Shown here: piece after piece, positions 49,972 through 58,156 of the stretch
How the letters are laid out: each line of letters starts with the position of its first letter
How positions within the stretch are numbered: position 1 is the stretch's first letter
Source: Actinomycetota bacterium
Lineage (GTDB): Bacteria; Actinomycetota; Actinomycetes; S36-B12; UBA5976
Reading direction: 5' to 3'
Length of the DNA: 64,000 bases
Assembly (NCBI GenBank): GCA_016870575.1
Contig: VGBH01000001.1
Location: 27,083-91,082 of the forward strand
The notes under the pieces: model-generated
The model's input: the letters and a program-made list of their open reading frames with translations, nothing else
Databases searched by the model: none
Told to the model about the DNA's origin: nothing
Position numbers and translations under genes: made by a program

Positions 49972-50345
49972 GGGGGTGAACGGCTTCGACATCGTTCGAA
50001 ATGACAGTTGAAGCGGGCAGAGAATCAATGGTTATCTCTTAAACATTCCATTGAACCTAAAAATGCCAAACATAAGGCATCTGATTTCGCCCTTGCTGCT
50101 TAATAAGTAGTAAGCCCGAATCCGTCGACCCAGGGCCGCTTCCTTCCTGGATTTCGGCGTCGCTGCGGAAGCTAACAAAGTGTGGGGGTCACGACCACAT
50201 AATGGAAATCTCTTTGTGACTTGAGCCAAGTGTTGCGACGGGCCACGAGATGCGCAACGGCTGACTACTTGAAATTGTGGCTGCGCCCGGAGAATGCCTG
50301 AAGTTATGACGTTGGACGCGGGTTCGATTCCCGCCACCTCCACCA
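49972..50345 (+). ncRNA. ssrA: transfer-messenger RNA (tmRNA)
   Basis: The 5' GGGGGTG pairs with the 3' CACCTCC (including the G3:U pair), followed by ACCA. The T-arm is GCGGGTTCGATTCCCGC. An internal tag ORF at 50065-50100 encodes AKHKASDFALAA and ends in tandem TAA TAA stops at 50101-50106. It lies directly after smpB. Confidence 0.9.
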
Positions 50346-50475
50346 AGTGTTAAGGATCCTTAATTTAACTATGTTTAATTGCAATCGGTTTCAGTATTTT
50401 TAGAGATTGTTTGCTAGAAACAAGAAATTAATCGTGCTTTGACTCAAACCTAAGTAAAGCAATAAGGTCGTTGCT

Positions 50476-51582
50476 GTGGACAGAATTTCAAAGATTGAGA
50501 CATTTGAAGCTCGCGTGCCACTTCCAGCTCCACTCGCCGTTGGTTCAGCCAAGATAACGCATCGCACATATTCAATTGTCAAAATCACAACAACTGATGG
50601 TTTAGTGGGTATCGGTTACTGCTACAGCAGGGGCTTACCAATCGCAAAACTAATTGCAGATGCAATGGCACCTGTAGCATTAAATCAAACAGCAGAATCA
50701 CCAAAAGAAATTAGAGAAATAGTTTTAGGATTTAATTGGCAATCAGCTGAGCATGGCACGGTGTCTGCGGCTGCAAGTGCTATTGATATGGCTCTCTACG
50801 ATATTGCAGCAAAACGACAAAATAAGAGTGTTGCTGCTTTACTTGGTGCAAAGGTTGCTGAGATACCCATCTACACAGTTATTGGTTACCACTATGGACC
50901 AGATGATTCAGGTCTGGCAGATGAAGTTGAGTATGCCTTAAGTAAAGGTATTAATTCATTCAAGATGGTGATGGGTGCCGAGTCACCAGAGCGCGATGTT
51001 GCACGAGTTAAGTTAGTAAGAGAAATCGCTGGAGCTAATGCACCAATTGCATTAGATGCATTTAGAACTTTAAAGACACTTGAAAATGCAGTTAATCGAG
51101 TAAATTTGTTAAGGGAACTCAACATCGCATTTATTGAAGATCCCTTCCTGGAATCAGAAGGTCTTTTGGCAATTGCACTGCGCGAAGCAACCGGGGTACC
51201 AGCCTCATTTGGAGAATCGCTTGCCTCAGCCAAGATGGCAGAGCAAGTTCTACATTACAAGCAAACAGACATTTTGCGAGTGGACGCATTAGTTATTGGG
51301 GGAGTAGACCAATTTCTAGCGGCAGCATCTGCAGCAGGTAATTATGGAAAGACATATGCCACACATATACACACGGAAGTGCATTCACAGTTAGCAGCAG
51401 CAACTTCAAACTTATATGCTGGTGGACTTGAGTATTTAGATCCAAAGTATGAGATAGATCTGTTTCATCATTTGCTAATCGCGCCCATAAATATTCTTGA
51501 TGGTAAAGCAGTATTGAGTAAAGAACCTGGTTTTGGTATCAATTGGGATTGGGACGCAGTTATTAAGTTCTCTAAGATTTAA
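50476..51582 (+). CDS. mandelate racemase / muconate lactonizing enzyme family protein (enolase superfamily; probable acid-sugar dehydratase or epimerase)
   Basis: 368 aa with an N-terminal capping domain (...IVKITTTDGLVGIGYCY...). Barrel motifs are SFKM, ALDAF, FIEDP, FGES, RVDA and THIH, which are candidate metal ligands and a His/Asp dyad. Confidence 0.85.
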   Translation: MDRISKIETFEARVPLPAPLAVGSAKITHRTYSIVKITTTDGLVGIGYCYSRGLPIAKLIADAMAPVALNQTAESPKEIREIVLGFNWQSAEHGTVSAAASAIDMALYDIAAKRQNKSVAALLGAKVAEIPIYTVIGYHYGPDDSGLADEVEYALSKGINSFKMVMGAESPERDVARVKLVREIAGANAPIALDAFRTLKTLENAVNRVNLLRELNIAFIEDPFLESEGLLAIALREATGVPASFGESLASAKMAEQVLHYKQTDILRVDALVIGGVDQFLAAASAAGNYGKTYATHIHTEVHSQLAAATSNLYAGGLEYLDPKYEIDLFHHLLIAPINILDGKAVLSKEPGFGINWDWDAVIKFSKI

Positions 51583-51595
51583 TGAAAGGTTTTGC

Positions 51596-52576
51596 TTGAA
51601 ACTGCTTGATGAAAACACAGTTGTTGATTACTTGATTAATCAGAAATTACTTGATGCTTCTGAGCAAGTTACAGTTGAACAGTTAACTGGTGGAGTGTCA
51701 AATACCGTTTTAGCGATTAAGACAAAAGACTCTGATCTTGTATTGAAGCAGGCATTGCCGGTCCTAAAGGTAGCTCAACATTGGGAAGCAGATCCGCGAA
51801 GAGCGATAGTAGAAGCTAATGCAATTGGGCTGTACCACTCAATTACCCCAAGTCACGTGCCGAGATTGGCTTTTCTTGATGCAGAAGCGTTTGTGTTAAT
51901 TATGCAGCGAGTACCTCGGGATAGCAGTGTGTGGAAAACGAATCTGTTATCAGGGAAGTTTCAATTCAATGTGGCGGAGGTATTGGGACATACCTTAGCG
52001 CAGTGGCACCTTTATGGTGAATCAAATTTTTCTCAATTACAGCATTTTCGAGAAGATGAATTATTTGAACAATTAAGGGTAGATCCATTTTATAGATTTG
52101 TAGCAATTAAAAACCCAAAAATTCAAAGCGATATCCAATTACTTATTGATGAGTTAGAACAACAACGTATAACTTTAGTTCATGGTGACTTCTCGCCAAA
52201 AAACATTATGGCTTCAAATTCTGGTCCAGTTTACATATTGGATTATGAGGTAACACATTTAGGTAATCCAGTTTTTGATTTGGCATTCTTACTGGGACAT
52301 CTGGTATGTAAATTTTTTCGTGCTCCCAAAGATCAAGAGAAAGATATAGCTGAAATGGCATCTAGCTTTATTACCAGTTATAAGTCAAAGCGTGATTTAC
52401 CATTATCGCTCGCTCACCATACGGCTCTAATTGCACTTGCAAGAGTTGAAGGTAAATCACCGGTAGATTATCTAGGCTTATCCCAGCAGAATAAACTACA
52501 AATCTTTACCAAAGAGGTACTATCTAATCCCATTGGATTAGATACTCTCACACTATTTGATTCGGATGCCAAATGA
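51596..52576 (+). CDS. MtnK-like / aminoglycoside-phosphotransferase-fold kinase of unknown substrate
   Basis: The N-lobe has LTGGVSNTVLAI...LVLKQALPVLKV...W..DPRRAIVEANAI, which resembles methylthioribose kinase. The catalytic loop is HGDFSPKN and the metal site is ILDYE. The TTG start at 51596 was chosen; the longest ORF starts at 51533, inside the previous gene. Confidence 0.75.
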   Translation: MKLLDENTVVDYLINQKLLDASEQVTVEQLTGGVSNTVLAIKTKDSDLVLKQALPVLKVAQHWEADPRRAIVEANAIGLYHSITPSHVPRLAFLDAEAFVLIMQRVPRDSSVWKTNLLSGKFQFNVAEVLGHTLAQWHLYGESNFSQLQHFREDELFEQLRVDPFYRFVAIKNPKIQSDIQLLIDELEQQRITLVHGDFSPKNIMASNSGPVYILDYEVTHLGNPVFDLAFLLGHLVCKFFRAPKDQEKDIAEMASSFITSYKSKRDLPLSLAHHTALIALARVEGKSPVDYLGLSQQNKLQIFTKEVLSNPIGLDTLTLFDSDAK

Positions 52577-53844
52577 AAATTGTCGATCTACTCGGATATC
52601 AAGTTTTAGATTCCCGCGGACGGCCAACCGTTGCTGCTCGAATAACTTTGGCAGATGGCAGTTCGCATGTTGCCAAAGTGCCATCTGGAGCATCAACAGG
52701 GCAGCACGAAGCTGCAGAACTTCGTGATGGCAAAATTACTGGCACAAATTCCTATTATTCTGGACTATCTGTAACTAATGCAGTTTCGAATATAAACAAT
52801 AAAATTAAACCTGTAATTATTGGTTTAGATATTAATTTAAATCAAGTTGATAGCAAGCTAATTGAATTAGATAGCTCAGAGCGATTTACAAATATCGGTG
52901 CAAATTCAACCCTTGCGGTATCGCTGGCTTCTAGCTTGGCGCATGCACATAGTCAGCAGAAATCTCTTGTTCGATTCTTTCAACCAAATGGCAAGTTAAT
53001 GATTCCGATGCCGATGATTAACATCCTTTCTGGCGGAGCGCATGCTAACCGTGGGATGGATATTCAAGATGTTTTGATAATTCCAATTGGAGCTAAATCT
53101 TTCTCTGAAGCGATTGCATGGGCAGCTGGTATTCGAGAAGCTGCTGCCAAATTGGGACAAGCAAAAGGAATGCTTACTCATTTAGTTGCTGATGAAGGTG
53201 GATTAGGAATTGCTTTTAACTCGGTTAATGCGGCATGTGAATTTGTAATTGAAGCGATAGGTTCGGTTGGACTAAAAGTTGGTCAAGAAGTGAGTTTGGC
53301 ACTTGATATTGCAGCTACCCAATTCTTTTCAGAGAACAATTATGTGTTAGCAAGTGCAAACAAGAGTTATTCTGGAAAAGAATTTGTTCAATTTATAGTT
53401 AACTTAGTAAATGATTTTCCAATAGTTTCAATTGAAGACCCCTTTGCTGAAGATGATTGGCAATCTTGGATTGATTTTAATCAGATTGCTCCAAAACCAA
53501 TTCAAATCTTGGGAGATGATTTACTTACAACAAATCTATCTCGATTAGAACGGGCGATTTTAGATAAAGCGGCAAATGCTATTTTGATTAAACCAAATCA
53601 AAATGGTTTGGTAACCAATACTGAGCACGTTGTTCGCAAGGCCAAAGAAGCGCGGTTCCGCACAGTTGTTTCAGCTCGATCTGGCGAGACAGAGGATTCA
53701 TGGTTAGCTGATTTGGCTGTTGGTTGGGGTGCTGGACAAATCAAAGTTGGTTCAACCCACGGATCGGAGCGCACAAGCAAATGGAATAGGTTGTTGGAGT
53801 TAGAGCTAATTGAAGACTGTGAGTTTGTTAACCCGTTTGCCTAA
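52573..53844 (+). CDS. divergent enolase paralogue (second enolase-family protein in this window)
   Basis: 423 aa, colinear with eno at 11589-12866. It retains SGASTG, DEGG, ALDIAAT, SIEDP, GDDL, IKPNQ, RSGETED and QIKVG, but has QDVL in place of QEFM and SARSGE in place of SHRSGE. It shares an ATGA overlap with the kinase gene. Confidence 0.85.
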   Translation: MKIVDLLGYQVLDSRGRPTVAARITLADGSSHVAKVPSGASTGQHEAAELRDGKITGTNSYYSGLSVTNAVSNINNKIKPVIIGLDINLNQVDSKLIELDSSERFTNIGANSTLAVSLASSLAHAHSQQKSLVRFFQPNGKLMIPMPMINILSGGAHANRGMDIQDVLIIPIGAKSFSEAIAWAAGIREAAAKLGQAKGMLTHLVADEGGLGIAFNSVNAACEFVIEAIGSVGLKVGQEVSLALDIAATQFFSENNYVLASANKSYSGKEFVQFIVNLVNDFPIVSIEDPFAEDDWQSWIDFNQIAPKPIQILGDDLLTTNLSRLERAILDKAANAILIKPNQNGLVTNTEHVVRKAKEARFRTVVSARSGETEDSWLADLAVGWGAGQIKVGSTHGSERTSKWNRLLELELIEDCEFVNPFA

Positions 53845-53854
53845 AATTATTTGG

Positions 53855-54892
53855 TTAGCGAAACTCAGGAATCTCCACTTTATAGCGGTCAGCAACCTCA
53901 AGAATGTTTTTAATAACACCTGAAGAAATAGCTACCCCATTCTTGCTCCGGCTCATCTGAGTTTGATATTCAAACTCACCCGGCATTAGCACACTATTTG
54001 GTTCACCAGCATTATGCATAATTAACTCAAATTCTTTTCCCACCGATTTGAATGCTTCAACCGAAGCAAATCTAGAAACATCAACTCCAATTAGAACTGT
54101 GCCGTTACCAAAACCGCTTTGGGAAATTGCTGCCGGCATGTTTCCCGATAAAATTCCAGCAGCTAAATCAATCAATACTGAAACACCCGATCCTTTATGA
54201 CCACCAAAAGTAAGCAGCGCACCACCATTTGTTAAGTCATCTGCATTAGTAGTGGGTTGACCATCTTTATCAAGAAGCAGACCTGGTTCTAAAACTTCAC
54301 CACTCATCCCAGCCAAGATAATTTTGCCGGCTGCCACGATTGCCGTAGAGAAGTCCAAAACATAATTAAATGCACCACTTCCGGGCAGCGACCAAGCAAA
54401 TGGGTTAGTACCCAGAACTCGTCTGAATCCACCAAATGGGGCAACAACCGCACCGCCGGTATTGCAAAATGCTATTCCCATAAGACCAGCACTTGCCATC
54501 AAATCTGCGTATTCGCCTAAGCGACCAACGTGGTTAGTTTGCTTTAGCACGATAGTTGCGGTGCCATATTGCTTAGTAAGTTCAATGAGTTTTTCAGTTG
54601 CAAGAAATGAAGCTGTCTGACCCCAACCCCAAGCACCATCAATCTCTGCGGTTGTTTCTTTACTAAACGCAATTTGTGGATGTGCTGCTGGAATTAACTT
54701 TCCCTGCTCTACCCAGCCGGAATATTCAACCAGTCGGATGATTCCGTGGGAATCATGACCAACTAAGTTTGAGAGTACTAGTGATTTTGCAACTGTGTTT
54801 GCAGATTTCGTCGGCGCACCCATTGCACCAATTACGCGAGCAGTTATTTCAGTTAGCGTTTGTGCGCTAAATGTATTGATTTCATTAGACAA
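53855..54892 (-). CDS. Ldh_2-family (malate / L-lactate / L-sulfolactate type) NAD(P)H-dependent oxidoreductase
   Basis: 345 aa with the family pattern ...GHDSHGI...NHVGRLG...TNP....P....DFSTA...GGHKGSG... Confidence 0.85.
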   Translation of the reverse strand: MSNEINTFSAQTLTEITARVIGAMGAPTKSANTVAKSLVLSNLVGHDSHGIIRLVEYSGWVEQGKLIPAAHPQIAFSKETTAEIDGAWGWGQTASFLATEKLIELTKQYGTATIVLKQTNHVGRLGEYADLMASAGLMGIAFCNTGGAVVAPFGGFRRVLGTNPFAWSLPGSGAFNYVLDFSTAIVAAGKIILAGMSGEVLEPGLLLDKDGQPTTNADDLTNGGALLTFGGHKGSGVSVLIDLAAGILSGNMPAAISQSGFGNGTVLIGVDVSRFASVEAFKSVGKEFELIMHNAGEPNSVLMPGEFEYQTQMSRSKNGVAISSGVIKNILEVADRYKVEIPEFR

Positions 54893-55838
54893 ATTTTGCC
54901 TCTACTAAACCTAAATCTCCAAAATCTACGCTAACTAAATCTCCTACTTGAACAAAACAATGACCGGTGCAAGTTCCGGTGCTGATAAATTCTCCAGCCT
55001 TGACATATCGGCCTCGCTCACGAAGCCAATTGATCATCCAAGTTGCGCTAGTAATTGGGTGTCCCATTGCTTGGAACCCTTGACCAGATTTGATGTAATT
55101 GTCATTTACATATAAGTCTAGATTCGCATTAGGTAAATCAATATCTTGCCAGTCTTTAAACTTGTTGCCAACTACAAAAGCAGCACCACCAGCGTTGTCA
55201 TACATTCCACCGAAGTATCCACTTAGGCTGTACCAGTCTTCAAAGACAGAATCACCAATCTCAATTACTGGTGCAAGAAATTCAACGCCAGCTCGAACAT
55301 CTGCTTCGGTATAGGGATTTACTCTTACTGGAAAATCAACTCCAAATTGGAAGGCAAACTCACATTCACAAAGTCGATAGTTAACGAAAAAATCAGATGG
55401 CACGTCAGCGGGACTATGCATTACTGAGCGAGTAAATAGTCTGCCAGGTGAAGGCTCTGGAATATTCTCGGCTTTGCGCACATCTAAGCTTGCAGCTCCA
55501 ACTTTCCAACCTGCACCTTCCCAGCATAGGGAATATTCCAAATTTAGTACGACATGCGCCATCGAATTCCACGACCTTGCACGTAGTCGCTCTGGCATTA
55601 CAACAGGAGTTCTACTCTTACGTCCAGATGAAATTAACTCAATTACCTCATTTAATTCAGCAGGAGATAAATCAGACTCACGACTAGATGGCTTTGATCC
55701 ACCGGGCGGGGTTGGGCCATGAATCAACCTGCCTCTGTCACTTAAATAGTCGGCGCGTGGTTTGTTTCGATTCGCACGAATAGTTGCTAACCGCGTAGAT
55801 TGATAATCATTCATAAGTTTGCACTTTAGCAGAATCAA
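54885..55838 (-). CDS. 2-oxopent-4-enoate hydratase-like (MhpD/HpcG-type, FAH-superfamily) hydratase/decarboxylase
   Basis: The core is ...GWKVGAAS...EFAF...EIGDS...GEFISTGTCTG... An alternative ATG lies at 55814. It overlaps the Ldh_2 gene by 8 nt. Confidence 0.7.
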   Translation of the reverse strand: MILLKCKLMNDYQSTRLATIRANRNKPRADYLSDRGRLIHGPTPPGGSKPSSRESDLSPAELNEVIELISSGRKSRTPVVMPERLRARSWNSMAHVVLNLEYSLCWEGAGWKVGAASLDVRKAENIPEPSPGRLFTRSVMHSPADVPSDFFVNYRLCECEFAFQFGVDFPVRVNPYTEADVRAGVEFLAPVIEIGDSVFEDWYSLSGYFGGMYDNAGGAAFVVGNKFKDWQDIDLPNANLDLYVNDNYIKSGQGFQAMGHPITSATWMINWLRERGRYVKAGEFISTGTCTGHCFVQVGDLVSVDFGDLGLVEAKFV

Positions 55839-55844
55839 ACTAGA

Positions 55845-56546
55845 TTAAGTAGTGGGAGCGAGTTGCCAATTCTCTTTACGAGCCCATTTGACTGTGATAT
55901 CAACAGCGATAAATGCAGCAGCAATGCTCCAGCCAACAAAAGCACCAGTTGCTAGATCTGTAATCCAATGGTGTCCCAACATTAAAGATCCAAGGGACAT
56001 CGTCCCCGTGATTGCCAAAGCTGCAAAAGCGCCAAGTGCGCTTGCAGTGTGCGACCAAGCACCTTTGCGTGAAAGCAAATAAAGTAGCACCAGCCAACTA
56101 AAGGCTGCATTTGCAGCATGGCCGGATGGGAACAAACCGATTTCACCCAAGGTATCTGGATTTAGAAATCTTGGTTCACCAGAGATTGGTCGACTTCGCG
56201 CCATCACAAGTTTCATTGCAGCGACTACAACATTTAGTGCGATAGTACCCAGAACTACTAAACCAATTGGATGCCAAGACCCCGTGGCGCGAAAAAGCCA
56301 GATTGCAACTATGAGCAAAATTGCAACAACTAAGAATCGCTGTCCAGCAAGAATCATAATTTCAGCTAAAGCCCAAAGTGCGCTACCGCGCTCAACCTGA
56401 ATTGCTAGTCCTGATTTATCCAGTCGCAATATCCAAGCGCGCTCTAAAGCAACTTGATAAGTAGTCCAAGATGCTGCAAGTGCCGAAACAACAGCAATCG
56501 CAACTAACAGCAACCTTCGTCGATCAATATTTTTCACATTAGTCAA
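55845..56546 (-). CDS. PAP2-superfamily membrane phosphatase
   Basis: 233 aa and polytopic, with the motifs ...SRP..., PSGHA and HHWITD. Confidence 0.75.
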   Translation of the reverse strand: MTNVKNIDRRRLLLVAIAVVSALAASWTTYQVALERAWILRLDKSGLAIQVERGSALWALAEIMILAGQRFLVVAILLIVAIWLFRATGSWHPIGLVVLGTIALNVVVAAMKLVMARSRPISGEPRFLNPDTLGEIGLFPSGHAANAAFSWLVLLYLLSRKGAWSHTASALGAFAALAITGTMSLGSLMLGHHWITDLATGAFVGWSIAAAFIAVDITVKWARKENWQLAPTT

Positions 56547-56594
56547 TTTCTGTTTTGGTGCACTAATTATCTAAGGTCTTGCTGTGAAACAAGA

Positions 56595-57596
56595 CTACTC
56601 GCCTAGAATTGTGGCGATTAAAATTGCTTTAGTGGTGTGCAGCCGATTTTCCGCTTGATCAAAAGCGATGTTTGCGTTTGATTGAAATACATCATCTGTT
56701 ACTTCTAAACCACCGGAAATGCCGGCAAGTTGTGCTGCAGCCAGACCTACTTCCGTTTTCTCATCGTGAAAGGCAGGTAAACAATGCATAAATTTAGCAT
56801 CTTTAGCAGCGCTGTTCATTAGTTCTTTATTAACTTGATAGGGCAGTAATTTATCGATGCGTTCTTTCCAAACCGATTTAGGTTCACCCATTGAAACCCA
56901 AACATCAGTATGTACAAACTCCGCATCTTTTACTGCATCAGTTGGGGATTGAGTTAAATTTAATTTTGCTCCAGTTTTCTCGGCAATTTGGTTTGCCTGA
57001 GCAATAAGAGCATCATCTGGCCAAAGCGATTTTGGCGCGCCAATCGTAAAGGTTAAACCTAAAATTGCAGAGGTAATTAAAAAAGAATTACCCATATTGT
57101 TTCTAGCATCACCAAGATAGCAGAATTTTAAATCAGCAAGAGGCTTTTTTGCTGATTCTTGCATTGTTAATAAGTCTGCCAACATCTGAGTTGGGTGGAA
57201 TTGATCAGTTAGACCATTAATTACTGGTACGGTTGAATTAGCTGCTAGCTCCTCAACTGTTTCTTGAAGTGCACCTCGAAACATAATTGCGTCATACATT
57301 CTTGATAGAACTTTTGCGGTATCAGCAATTGACTCTTTATGGCCAAGCTGAGCTGAGGTTGAATCAAAAACTGTGCTGCTACCACCCTGCTGGGTCATTG
57401 CCACTTCAAAAGCAGCTCTAGTTCGAGTTGAGGTTTTTTCAAATATAAGTGCTACCGATTTGCCGACTAGACGTTGAAGTTCGCTGCCAGATTTAGTCTG
57501 TTTTTTGAGATCTATTGCTAACTTAAGTAAGTAATGGAATTCAGCTGCGGATAAATCAGTTTCTTTAGTAAATGATCTTCCTTGAAGCGTCTTCAT
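56595..57596 (-). CDS. argF: ornithine carbamoyltransferase (ArgI/ArcB-like long form)
   Basis: 333 aa with STRTR, HPTQ, DVWVSMG and HCLPAFHDEKT motifs. The C-terminus is FDQAENRLHTTKAILIATI. Confidence 0.92.
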   Translation of the reverse strand: MKTLQGRSFTKETDLSAAEFHYLLKLAIDLKKQTKSGSELQRLVGKSVALIFEKTSTRTRAAFEVAMTQQGGSSTVFDSTSAQLGHKESIADTAKVLSRMYDAIMFRGALQETVEELAANSTVPVINGLTDQFHPTQMLADLLTMQESAKKPLADLKFCYLGDARNNMGNSFLITSAILGLTFTIGAPKSLWPDDALIAQANQIAEKTGAKLNLTQSPTDAVKDAEFVHTDVWVSMGEPKSVWKERIDKLLPYQVNKELMNSAAKDAKFMHCLPAFHDEKTEVGLAAAQLAGISGGLEVTDDVFQSNANIAFDQAENRLHTTKAILIATILGE

Positions 57597-57644
57597 TAAG
57601 CAATTGTGGCAGAACGGTTGCGAGCTAAGTTTCGCTGGGTGGAA

Positions 57645-57998
57645 TTAACCAGCTTGGCCGAAAGGCGAAGGTTTGTTTGGAAGTTCGACTGCATGACTAA
57701 TTCTTGCCCCTGAACTTGCAGGAATTCTGGAATAGAGGGCTTCCCGCTCTTCTTCAGTTAATCCACCCCAAACGCCGTAAGGCTCTCGTGCCCTAATTGC
57801 GTAGTCGGCACATTCAGCCTTTACTGGACATCCGGCACAGATGGCTTTAGCTGCACGATCTCTTCTGAGTCGCGCCATTCCTCGCTCATTTTGCGGATGA
57901 AAAAAAGTATCTGGGTCGGCTGTTCGACAAGCGCCTCGCTCTTGCCAAGTCCAGACCACATCGTCTGGCACCTGAGATAGCGGTTGCTGCGGCATCAA
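57645..57998 (-). CDS. WhiB-family Fe-S transcriptional regulator
   Basis: 117 aa with four Cys (C...C..C.....C) and a GVWGG turn. An AAGGAG Shine-Dalgarno lies upstream. Confidence 0.9.
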   Translation of the reverse strand: MMPQQPLSQVPDDVVWTWQERGACRTADPDTFFHPQNERGMARLRRDRAAKAICAGCPVKAECADYAIRAREPYGVWGGLTEEEREALYSRIPASSGARISHAVELPNKPSPFGQAG

Positions 57999-58156
57999 AA
58001 CTCCTTGCTGAGTCCAGAGGTTTAATCCATTTCAGATGCCAAACATAGTTTGCTAGCCGCCAGAAATCTAGCCCCCCTCCTTAGTGGTTAATGAGAGTGC
58101 CTGTGCTATGCGAGCGCTGACGCCAGTTCTCAAACAAACACTCTAGACTTTTCAAG

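Noticed and set aside
50032-50346. A 104-aa minus-strand ORF.
   Set aside because: It lies entirely inside the tmRNA gene, so it is spurious.
50350-50363. The 14-bp perfect palindrome TTAAGGATCCTTAA after ssrA, considered as an att site or island boundary.
   Set aside because: I found no second copy and no ssrA 3'-end repeat in the window. It may simply be a weak AT-rich terminator stem.
51596-52576. The MtnK-like kinase plus 'enolase' pair, considered as a methionine-salvage module.
   Set aside because: The salvage-pathway 'enolase' activities are carried out by RuBisCO-like or HAD-family proteins, not enolase-family proteins. In addition, mtnA, mtnB and mtnD are absent from the neighbourhood.
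58021-58156. A C-rich, anti-Shine-Dalgarno-like tract (AGCCCCCCTCCTTAG) in the whiB/DUF3039 divergent region, considered as a 6C-type sRNA.
   Set aside because: There is only one C-run and only weak flanking stems. 6C RNAs have two C-rich loops. On the minus strand the tract is more simply part of the whiB 5' region.
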